From Guillardia theta CCMP2712 (lineage: Eukaryota; Protista; Cryptophyta): a stretch of DNA of 64,000 nt. The notes beneath the pieces are model-generated. The model saw only the letters and a list, made by a program, of their open reading frames with translations, was not told the DNA's origin and searched no databases. The stretch covers positions 802,593 to 866,592 of the forward strand of contig NW_005434654.1 in the NCBI RefSeq assembly GCF_000315625.1, in the 5' to 3' direction. A program made the translations under genes and the position numbers. Positions 17,324 through 28,200 of this stretch are shown piece after piece (the first letter of the stretch is position 1; each line of letters opens with the position of its first letter).

Positions 17324-20300
17324 ATGTCATCGAAAATCACGCTCCTCCTCACCGTCCTTTGCCTCGGTTTTGTCGGGGTTTCACGGGGGGTCGGGGCGTA
17401 CCCGCGGGCTCTGGCATTGAGAGGTGGCGGCATCTTCGGGAGGAAAGTAGGAGGAAGGTTCGGAGGCACGTTGCCGCTAAGACCAGCTGAAGTCGCCGAG
17501 TCCCCGGCAGGGGATGATGCAGCGGAAGCAGCGGCAGCAGGGGCAGCGACGGAGGAAAAACCAGCCACTGCCCAGGTTGGCTTGAATGAGGAAGGGGAAG
17601 GAGGTGCGGGGGGGGAGCAGGTTGCGGAATCCTCGTCCTCCAAGTCCGCAGGGCTGCAGACGGTGGTGCAGCATTCCTACTCAGCCTGCGATATGAGCTT
17701 GAGGAGGCGAGAGAAGGAGAACGATGGCCAGGAGACCACGTTCCGCTTCAACGAGACCCTGGTCCGCTCCTACTCCGACACGGTCTGTGCTGTTCGACCG
17801 TCCTCCAAGAGGTTCGGGCTGGACTGCATGCAACAGATCAGGAGCGCGAGGTACATCTACATCGTATCGGACAGCACCGGTTTCACGGCCTCGCACGCCC
17901 TCACCAGCGTCATGGCGCAGTTCGAGTCGGTGTCGGTGGACTGGGCGGGGGACAGCGACGTGTTCAACACCTCGCAGTTGGAGGTGCGGACTCAGATGTT
18001 CAGCAACGTCAACGACAAGGTCAGGCTGACGAGGATCGTGCGGCTGGCGGCGACCATGAAAGCTTTCATCGTGTACACGCTCATGACGCCCGAGCTCAAC
18101 GAGCAGATGGTGTCTTACTGTTACTCCCTCAACGTGCCGTGCGAGGACATGCTGGGGCCCATGGTGAGGAACATCGCAGGCTTCCTTGGCATGCATCCTT
18201 CGGGCGAGCCGAGGTGACCCCGCGCTCCGTCAGCCTTTTCTGACGCTCTCCAGGGGGTCCACCAACGTGAAGAGGAAGCCGCTGAGCGACAAGTACTTCA
18301 GTCGGATCGCAGCCGTGGAGTTTACGATACGACAGGTGGAGAGGAGAAGGAAGGACAGGAGGAGGGAGGGGAGGAGCGAGGTGCGAGGAGCGAGGAGCGA
18401 AGATGGAGGGAGGAGGGAGGTAGGAGGACGGGTACAAGGATAAGGGAAGGGGTGCGGGGCAGGAGGTAGCAGGATGAACGAAAGGAGGAAGAGAAGAAGG
18501 GCATTTTTGGCTGAGCCCGTGCAGGACGACGGAAACCTTCCTTCCAACCTCGGCAAGGCCGACGTCGTGCTGCTCGGCGTATCGAGGAGCAGCAAGACTC
18601 CCCTCTCTGTCTACCTGGCGCAGCAGTTCGGCTACCGAGTGCGTCCTGCCTTGCCGCTCGCAGCTCTTGCCTCACCCTCCATGCCCAGGTAGCGAACATC
18701 CCCATCATCAAGGACATGCCGCTTCCCAAGGAGCTGCTGGAGGTGAGGTGGCTACCGATGGAGTATGAATGACTTCCTCCCCAGGTGGATCCCCGCCGAG
18801 TCTTCGGGCTCACTATTGCAGGACCATATTTGAAGAGAATAAGAAGTCGACGACTAGCGGAGACCGCGGTCACTCTTTCTCTCTTCCCTTGTTACTTGCT
18901 TCTCTCCCTTGCTTCCTTTTCTCATCCCCATCCCTCTCTCCCTCCCTCCTCCCTTATCGCCGCGTTTTCTTGCTTTGTCCTCCCTTCTCTTTCCCCCCTC
19001 TCCTGTTAGGGAGGAGCTGGATGCTGACCTGCTGGCCTGCAGCACGACACGAGCGCCATGAGCGGCAACGAGGGAAGCTTCGACTACGACAACATGAAGT
19101 ACATCAACGCCGAGCTAGCCTGGTCCAAGGGTGCGACTCTCCGTCCCGGCAGCGAGTCAACTGACGAGGAGGGCAGATCTCTACAGCCAGCATCCTGAGT
19201 GGTCGGTGATCGACGTGACCGGTCGGTCGGTGGAGGAGAATGCAGCGATCATCAACGAGCTCCTGGGCATCTCAACAGTGAGCAGGTGGCGGCCGCTGGT
19301 GCTAGTGGTGACATGCATGGCAGGGGAAGCCGACGCCGGTGGAGGCAGCGCTACATGCGCTTGACGCGAACTTTTTCATGATCGACCCGCACTGCGAGGA
19401 GGGACGGCACTCACTTGTGTTCGCGTCCGATGGGTTTCTAGAGGCGACAGGATACAAACGCGAGGAGATCATCGGTCAACTTTTTATTTCTTCTCCTCCC
19501 CTCTCCTCTGTTCTGCCCTCCTCTCCCCTCCCCTCCTTTCTCTTCTGTTCTCTCCTCCTCTCTTCTCCTCTCCCCTCCCCTCTGCTCCGCTCCACCGCTT
19601 TCACTTCCTCGCGCTCCCTTGTGCTTCTTCAGTAGCCACTCACCCTTGGGGACAGGAAAAGACATCAGCTCCCTTCATGGCCCCGAGACCAACAACGAGA
19701 CCATCGCTCAGGTCATCAGTCCTTCTAAGTCTCATTCCCTTTCCGCCTATCTTTGTTTCTCTCCCCTTCCTTCCTCGCCTCGCCTCTCCACTCCCTGTTC
19801 TCTCAACTTCCGTTGTCCCTGCCCCCCTCCTCTTTCCTTCTCTCATTCCCCTCATGGTCCTCCTCTTGTCAGATTCGCTCCAGCATCTGCAAGGGGCAGG
19901 AAGGATACTTCGAGATCCTCAACTACCGCAAGGATGGGACCACATACAAGAAGAAGCTTAGCCTTGCTCCCGTCCACAACCAAGAAGGTCTGGCCTCCCG
20001 CTGCTGCCCCGTCCCTTCCTCCTTCCCGTATTACCTCCTCCTTGTCTTTGTCCTTCTCTTGCCTCTTCCTCCTCGTCCTCGTCCTCCTCTCTTCCTCCTC
20101 CTCCTCCTCTCTTCCTGCTTCTCCTGCTCGTGCTCATGATCTTCTCAACCCGCTGCAGGAGTCGTCGAGTTCATCTTTGCAACGCAGTGCGAGCTAGATG
20201 AGAACTTCACGAAGCTGGAGCTGCTAGGGTCGGACGACGACTTCGAGGGGAACCAAGTGCTGCAGACAGCAGCGAGAGCGAAGAAGACTCAGTTCCTTGA

Positions 20301-21686
20301 CGCTCAAGCGCGAGGAGGCATCTCCGTCTTCCTCCTCGAAGTATCCCCGGAGGACAGCAAAAGAACTCTTGAGTCCATGCCGCTGAAGCTAGCTTCTGAT
20401 GGTGAGGAACTTTGCTGCCCTCGCCTCCTTCCCCCCTCCCCCCCCCCTCCTCCTCCTCCTCCAGCTTGAGCGTCAAGGAACTGAGTCTTCTTCGCTCTCG
20501 CTGCTGTCTGCAGCACTTGGTTCCCCTCGAAGTCGTCGTCCGACCCTAGCAGCTCCAGCTTCGTGAAGTTCTCATCTAGCTCGCACTGCGTTGCAAAGAT
20601 GAACTCGACGACTCCTGCAGCGGGTTGAGAAGATCATGAGCACGAGCAGGAGAAGCAGGAAGAGAGGAGGAGGAGGAGGAAGAGAGGAGGACGAGGACGA
20701 GGAGGAAGAGGCAAGAGAAGGACAAGACAAGGAGGAGGTAATACGGGAAGGGAGGAAGGGACGGGGCAGCAGNNNNNNNNNNNNNNNNNNNNNNNNNNNN
20801 NNNNNNNNNNNNNNNNNNNNNNNNNNNNNNNNNNNNNNNNNNNNNNNNNNNNNNNNNNNNNNNNNNNNNNNNCAGCATCATCATCATCGCCGTTATGGTC
20901 ATCCTCCTGCTAATTCTCCTCCTCCGCCCCACCATCTCTACCACTACTGCTCCTCCTCCTCCTCCTCCTCCTCCTCCTCCTCCTCCTCCTCCTCCTTGAT
21001 ATTCAGCTCATGTTTTCGGCAGCCTTCTTCGAGACAACAGGCTTTCTTCCCTCGCAGATCCTGGGACAAACCCTCTCCTTCCTCTTCGGCAAGGAGACAG
21101 ACCAAACCACAATCGGCATGATAGAGGGCGCATTGGAGAGGAAGACATCAGTCAGGTGGGAGAAAGGGGAGCGAGGAGGAGGAGGAGGAGGAATCAAAGG
21201 AGGAGCAGGAGCAGGAGAGTAATTGGAGATGAGGAAGGGGGGGCCAGGGAGGAGAGTTTTCAGCAAGGAGACCAGAGTTGCGGCGATGAGTTTGCAGCTG
21301 CTGACGTCAGTGATAGCACATGTATCATATGCTACAAGAAGGACGGGACCTCCTTCTGGAACCATCTCAGCCTGCAGGTATGACCACGAGGTCGTTTTCT
21401 TGTGCTTGACCGGGTTGCAGCCTGTTTTGACATGAAGGGAGAGCTGCAATTCTACGTGGGGACACAGGTGTGGGAGGAGGGGGTGGAGGGGGAGGAAGAG
21501 GGAAGAGGGATGGGGATGGGGATGGGGATGGGGATGGGGATGGAGGAGGAGGAGGAGGAGGAGGAGACGGTGGTGGTGGTGGTGGTGGTGGAGCAGGAGG
21601 AGGAGGAGCCCTTTGCTCTTCTGAGTCCGTTCCAGTTCACCAGTATTGCGAGAGAGCGACTGCGAGAAGACCCGAGCCCTCTGTAG
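17324..21686 (+). CDS. Pyruvate,phosphate dikinase/PEP synthase regulatory protein (kinase-pyrophosphorylase, DUF299) fused to two LOV-like PAS domains; N-terminal signal peptide + LRGG presequence
   Basis: [27 protein letters not shown]|[53 protein letters not shown] are PDRP motifs. An in-frame splice (ISTv|GKPT) leads into [21 protein letters not shown]|[11 protein letters not shown]...ILNYRKDGT...LAPVHNQEG|VVEFIFATQ and a second repeat LASD|[27 protein letters not shown]...[16 protein letters not shown]...[13 protein letters not shown]. Confidence 0.88.
20001..20772. repeat. Near-perfect 309-bp inverted repeat (arms 20001-20309 and 20464-20772) abutting an N gap
   Basis: 20464-20772 is the reverse complement of 20001-20309 with only a couple of homopolymer indels; the ORF track shows [17 protein letters not shown] on both strands. 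Confidence 0.95.
20773..20872. other. Assembly gap (100 N)
   Basis: Run of N. Confidence 1.
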
Positions 21687-22010
21687 TCACTTGGCGAAGC
21701 GTCGAAGGATAGTATGAAGAGGCTGCAGATCTTTCCGTAGTCCTCCCCACTCAGCCGTGGCAAACTGGAGGAAGCCGTCTTACTCTACGTGTCTCCCATG
21801 GCATCCTGAGCAGGAGGTTCGAAACGTGTGTGAAACATTACAAACAACGTTTCCATATGCATCATATTATTGCACGTGTCATTGCAATATGTTGCCCTGC
21901 GAACAGGAACCTCGCCCATATCAGTTGAACAACCAATCCAACCTCAGCAGACAAACATCAAGACTACATTTGAGATGCATTTTGGAGTCTTTCATTCATG
22001 CATGAACAGC

Positions 22011-23690
22011 TTAATAAACCTCGACGTGCCACTGGCCCTTCTTCTTCAAGCCCTCGAGGTACTCCTCGAAGTTGAGGCCCTTGGACTCGCACACTCCCCT
22101 GAGCATGTCCTGGATTCCAGGCATCATGCCCTTCAAGCCGCAGAAGTAGATGTGGGCTCCCTTGTCGAGGGCATCGAAGACCTCGTCAGCGTACTCCTCG
22201 ACCTTGTCCTGGATGTACATCTTGCCGCCCTTCTTGTTGAGAGGTCCCTCACGGGAGAGCGCGTAGTCGAGGCGCATCTTGTCAGGGTTCTGGCGGAGGT
22301 AAACCTGGAACTCCTCGTCGTAGAGGAGGGAGTCCTTGTTGGCAACTCCGAGGAAGAGCCAGGCGAGACCCTTGAAGTTCTTGCCAGCAGGGTTGCCCTA
22401 AGAGAAGACAACGTGAGGGGCTGTCAAGGACGACAAGGGAGCACATACCTCGCCGAAGAGGCGGCGGAGGAAGCTGCGGAAGGGAGCGATACCAGTTCCG
22501 GTGGCGACCATGATGTAGGTCATGTTGGGGTCGTCCTCGGGCATGAGCATGACCTTGCCGGAAGGTCCGGTGAGGGAGATCTCATCACCGGGCTTGGAGT
22601 CGCAGAGGTAGTTGGAGCAGACACCCTTCTTGGCGGGGTCCTCAGCCTTGAGCTCAGGGCACCAGTAGGTGGCACGGCGAACGCAGAGGGTGGTGGTCTT
22701 GCCGGTCTTGTCGTCTCCGTAGCGGGTGGAGGCGATAGAATAGAGGCGAACACCGTAGGGCTTGTTCTTCTTCGGGTCGATGCCGGGGGGACGACACCGT
22801 AGGACTGGCCCTCCCAGTAGGGGAGCTTGCCTGTAGATCGAGTCAGCTCCACAAACGAGGGTTCTCAGCGCCTGACCCTGATGATCGATGATGATGTTGC
22901 AGGTCTCTCCAGGAGAGTTGGGGCCAACGATGCGCTGGACGGAGATGATCTTGCCGATGAGGGGGTTCTTCTGCTTGGCGATGTTCACCTGGACTCCGGA
23001 CTGGTCCCAGTAACTGCCTCCCAACGTCAGCACCGTCAGATCACTGTCGCAACACCACTTACGGCTTGGCCTCGAGGAACTCGAGGTCCTCCCCGGGAGC
23101 AGGGAGGGTGGGGCCCGAAGGTCCGGTGGGGCTGACGCCGCTGAAGGGAACCTTGGGGATGGTCGCAGCCATGGAGAGGCGCTGGGAGAGAGCTCCAGCA
23201 CGTCCATGGCGGAGTGCTGCAGTTGCAGGTCAGAGGATGAAACGATCCTGCTCCATCTCGTCTCGTCTATCTCTCAGCGTTATCTCGAGCTCATGCATCC
23301 CACTTCTCGTACTCATGCCTCAGGTACACCAAGTCCTTGGAGGTCGGAGCAACTCCAAGGACAGTCATGGCTGCCGGACGTGCTTCCACATCACTTACAC
23401 CCTCCAACACCACGCAAGAGCTATCGCTAGCATGGGCATATCGTTGCTGTCCATGCTAAGGCATCCACACCATCTCTCCACTCCTGACATACTGGTATCC
23501 CTGCCTGCTCATCGAAGAATCCTCTCCTCCTGAACCTGCCTCGCGCTCAACTAAATCCCACGGGGATCTCTCTGTTTCAGCTCTCCGAAGCTCCACCACA
23601 CTTAGTTCTCATGTTCTCACCGACAGGAGCAGGTCCTGTGAACGCGTAGGCGCCTGCAGCGCTGCAGAGCAGGAGAGCGAGCGCGGCCAT
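22011..23690 (-). CDS. petH: Plastid ferredoxin-NADP+ reductase with bipartite presequence
   Basis: [22 protein letters not shown] (signal + Phe), [63 protein letters not shown]-terminal WHVEVY*. Confidence 0.97.
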
Positions 23691-24544
23691 ACCTCTGAGG
23701 AAACTCGTCAGCCGCCTCTCTCCTTTATACCCCCACCCCTACCCACCTACCCTCTTCTTTACCACCTACCCCTACGCACTCTTTCAACTACCCACCATGG
23801 CATAGATGGTCTTTCGGACCCCACGAAGATATCGTACCCCTTCTTCCCTCTTCAGACTGAACAAGTTGGTACTACCCTACCACCATTTTGAACCTTTTAA
23901 AGACGGGTAGTAAGAATATTACTTAGACCCCGTCGTGGTCCCTGATCCAAGGCACTACCCCTTTGATTTTGCACCCCCTTGTTTTCACCACCTACCCCAT
24001 AGTTTCCCATTCTCGTTCTTGCAACCCTCGGATCCTCTAGAACCCACCCCACCCTCTTTCATCTCAATGAGACTATAAAGTACCGGTACACAATTATCGC
24101 AGACTGCACACCGACTACCCCCACCCCCAGTAGATAAGGTCATTGGACCCCCGTGGGTACTCTTAAAACATTGACCCCCCCACCCAATTCCATCTACCCC
24201 CTACCGTGTTCAGGATTCTTTTCATATCAAATTGACCCCTATCATTTCCCAAGTGTACCCCCTTCTTTTCGCAAGGGGTTCCTCAGCAAAATACTACCCC
24301 CCGTCGGTCTTGTGCCCCCCGACGGCTGGCTCCGGATGGCATAAGGGGGTACTTTATGCTAGGGTAGGAGACTACACCCCTGTTTTTACTGTGATATTCA
24401 ATGTGAAATACCACAGGGGTATCCACCCCCACCCCCAACAAACCTTACGTGTCCTTATATCAGGTGAGAGGGGGGCGATGATGCTGCTGCACTTCATTCC
24501 TCTCAAGTTACCAAAAGTGCATGAGATGAGCTGCTCAAGTTACC

Positions 24545-24622
24545 ACTGGCCGGGCCCTCGGCCGATCGAGCACTGAGAGTGCAGGCCGGGCCTCGGGCCC
24601 GGCAGCGGCTCGGGCCCCGGAT
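24545..24622. promoter_or_regulatory. GC-rich intergenic element, copy 2
   Basis: cactggccgggccctcggccgatcgagcactgagagtgcaggccgggcctcgggcccgg between divergent FNR and kinesin. Confidence 0.4.
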
Positions 24623-25217
24623 GGACAGCAGGGGATGAGGGCCTGGAATATTCGATCAACGGATGATGGCAGCCCAGTGGGCGGGAGTGGGGTGAGGGAG
24701 GGTCAGGAGGGAGAGGATACGAGAAGAGAGGAGAAGGAAGACAGAGCGAGAAGGAGAAGGAAGTGGAGGACGTGTAGGGGAAGGGAGCAAGGTTGATCTG
24801 AGGGGAAAGGAGGAAAAGGGAATAGAAGGCGAGGGGTATAGGAAAGCGACTGAACTCCATATAGTGGCGTGGAGGGAAGGGAATACATGATGATTTGATG
24901 TGACAAACCGTTGAAGCAGTGTTTAAGATTGCTGTTGCAAATCATAGTCGATGCGATGAAGGGGAAATAATGGGGTCCGAAATTAGATTTGCTGGATTTT
25001 GCGTCCACTCACCCCACGTTGCATGCTCTGGTGGATTCGGGAGCTAACGAGCTTTCTATTCTTGAAGGTGCGCTTACATCGAACCCAAAAGTTCTTGATG
25101 TGATGCCATGGACCGTCTGCTCTCCGAAGCTCCAAAGTTGATAGAAAGACGCTCTTTGCTCGCTAGAAGGATGTTGCTGCCCTGAAACTCGTGCGCCTGC
25201 TAGTCTACCTGAGCACC

Positions 25218-28200
25218 ATGACGGAGAACAAGATCAACATCTTCCTGCGGATCCGCCCGACGAAGAAGCAGCTGAGCAACTACGAGATCGTCGACGACGG
25301 GCAAGGGCTGGTCATCGACATCCCCAAGGAGAACCAGGCGGTGGAGGTGATCAACAATACCAAAGAGCGGCACGAGTTCCGTTTCAACAAGGTCTTCGAT
25401 CGGGAAGCACGGCAGGAGGAGATATTCCAGGACGTCGCCCTCCCTGCCGTGACGGCGGCGCTAGACGGCTTCAATGGCACCATATTCGCCTATGGGCAGA
25501 CCGGCTCTGGGAAGACCTTCACCATGACGGGGGGACCCGAGAAGTACGCCGATCGCGGCATCATCCCACGTACCCTCTCCCACATCTACAACGAGCTGCG
25601 GCGGCGATCGGACTTCTCGTATCAGATCCACGTCTCCTACCTCGAGATCTACAACAACAATGGGTACGACCTACTCGACCCCTCGCTCGAGGAGCAGGCG
25701 AAGCAGCTGGAAGACCTGCCCAAAGTCTCTCTGCAGGAGGACGAGGATGGTGAGTTGGAGCCGTGGGGAGGGCATGACGGGGAGCTGAGAGGGGGGCAGG
25801 CAACATTCACCTCAAGAACCTATCGGCGCACCATGCGCCGTCGGAGGAGGAGGCCCTCAATCTTCTGTTTCTTGGCGACACGATCCGCACGACCTCCGAG
25901 ACCCCCATGAACCTGGTGGGACAGTCGCTGCCCTGTCCCTCCCTGTTGCTGAGAGCTGCCCACCTCAGGCCTCTTCTCGCTCCCACTGCATCTTCACTCT
26001 CTTCATCACAGCGTGCAAGGTATGGGGAGGGAGAAGTCGGCGTGCGCATTCATCTCTGCTGTTTCAGGTCGGGACTGACGTCATCCGGAAGTCGAAACTT
26101 CACCTCGTCGACCTCGCCGGCTCCGAGCGAGTCTACAAGGTCACTCGGGGTAGCGACGCCTCCACCGGCCCCCTGTGACCTTGTGCTTGCAGACATCAGC
26201 TCAGGGGAGTCTGTTGAAGGAGAGCAAGTACATCAACGTCAGGTCATCATCGACCTCCTTCTCCTCCTTCCTTCCTCCTTCTCCCTCCCTCCTCCATCGC
26301 AACTCTGCATCTGACTCCTCTCCTGCTCATGCCGCCTCTTCCCACTCACTGATCCTCAATCTCCTACAACAATCTCTAACCCCTGTCTGCAGCCTCCACT
26401 TCCTTGAGATGGTCATCGTGGCTCTACAAGAGAGGAGCCAAGTCAGTGACGCTGATGCCTCTCCGCCCCTTCCCCTCCCCCTCTCTCCGCTTCCTCCGAT
26501 TCCTTCCCTTCTTCAGCGCTCCCCTCTCCTTCCCTTGATGTCCCTTTCTCCCCTCCCCACCTGATGCCCCACCCAACCCCAGTGTCCCTCCCCACCTGAT
26601 CCCCTTCCTCCCTCCTGTCTTCGCTCTCCCACACTTTGCCCCCGTCCTGCCTGACCTCGCTGAGCAGGGGAAGAACCAGCGCCACATCCCCTACCGCAAC
26701 TCCATGATGACTTCGGTGCTCCGCGACTCCCTGGGAGGTGAGAAAGTTCCGTCGGCAGGAGGGGATGGGACGTAAATGTGCTGTGAAGGAAACTGCAAGA
26801 CTAGTATGATCGCAACGATGAATCCTGAGAAGTCAGTAGCCTCGCTCCCTCTCCTCTCGCTTCCTTCCTCTTCCTTGATATCCATTCAGCTCCTACTCCC
26901 TCAACACTTGCACCAGCTCCTTCACTACCCCCCCCCCCCCCCCCCCTTTTTCTGGTCCTGGGCCCTTTTCTGGGCCCGGNNNNNNNNNNNNNNNNNNNNN
27001 NNNNNNNNNNNNNNNNNNNNNNNNNNNNNNNNNNNNNNNNNNNNNNNNNNNNNNNNNNNNNNNNNNNNNNNNNNNNNNNNNNNNNNNNNNNNNNNNNNNN
27101 NNNNNNNNNNNNNNNNNNNNNNNNNNNNNNNNNNNNNNNNNNNNNNNNNNNNNNNNNNNCGTAGAGAGCATTCCATCGAACTCGTGTTTGAAAGCGGAAA
27201 AGAGCTGTATGGAGAAGCCTGGGCCACTGGCCCAAGCATTGCGCAGGCTCGCACTCGAGTTCAGATGTCAAATACCGTAGGCATTGTCTCCGTCCAATTT
27301 CTGTTCAAGCCATATCTAAGAGATCTTGACTCAATTATCAGGTCAAGCTTGTTTCAATTTAGTCTCCATGACATCTTCGTAATATGACGGACCAAGTTCA
27401 GATTCCTGCAGAAAAATCAGTTCGCACCACAATTCATGGTCATGCATCTCAATTGTTGCTTGGTATTGATCTTCCGTGTACATAAGAGGATTTCAAATCC
27501 TGATGAGACAAACAGTGGAAGGAAAATACTTCCAGATCCACACGTCATAATTGGTCTTCATTTCCTCAGCTTGATAAGCGGACTTGTCAATGATGGGCAA
27601 GGGTCAGGAGCGAGAGAGACGAGCCAGGGCTCTCAAGGTAGCATTTTCCAGCAGTCCATTGCTCCAGTGCAGGTATTCAGCAAGTCTGCCAACCTCCATC
27701 CTTCCTCCCCCCCGTCCCCCCCCTCCCACCTCCCCCTCCACCACCTCAACCTGTTTCTCCACCACTACCACCGCCACGACCACCTCCACCACCTCCATGT
27801 CGTCGTTCATTTGCTGTTCTTGCTCGACTCTCAACCATGTCATCTTTCCCTTCGTGTTTGCTCCGTCTAAGATTATCCAGTACGATGAAGCCAAGGGAGT
27901 TGGAGAAGCTGTAAATGAAAGTCGATCCAAGATATCCGAGGTTGAAGTGAAGGAGGAAGAGGAGGCAGGGAGGGAAAAGGAGGAGGCAGGGTGACCGAGG
28001 GAAAGAGTCAGTGTGACGTAGCTACAGGGTGCAAGAGGTGGAGTTGCGTACGAATTCTCGAAATGAAATGAGCGACTGAGTGGGATAGAAAGAGAGGAGA
28101 GAGGAGAGTGAGGAGAGAGGAGAGAGAGGAGAGAGGAGAGAGGAGAGGTGTGTATCGAGGAGAAGGGAGGGAAGGAGGAGGGGGAGGAGCGATGGATGTT

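Noticed and set aside
21870-22802. 310-aa plus-strand ORF
   Set aside because: Antisense shadow of the codon-biased FNR exons.
28085-28150. (GAGAG)n tract as a telomere-like repeat
   Set aside because: Internal, irregular and indistinguishable from the other purine-rich intronic tracts.
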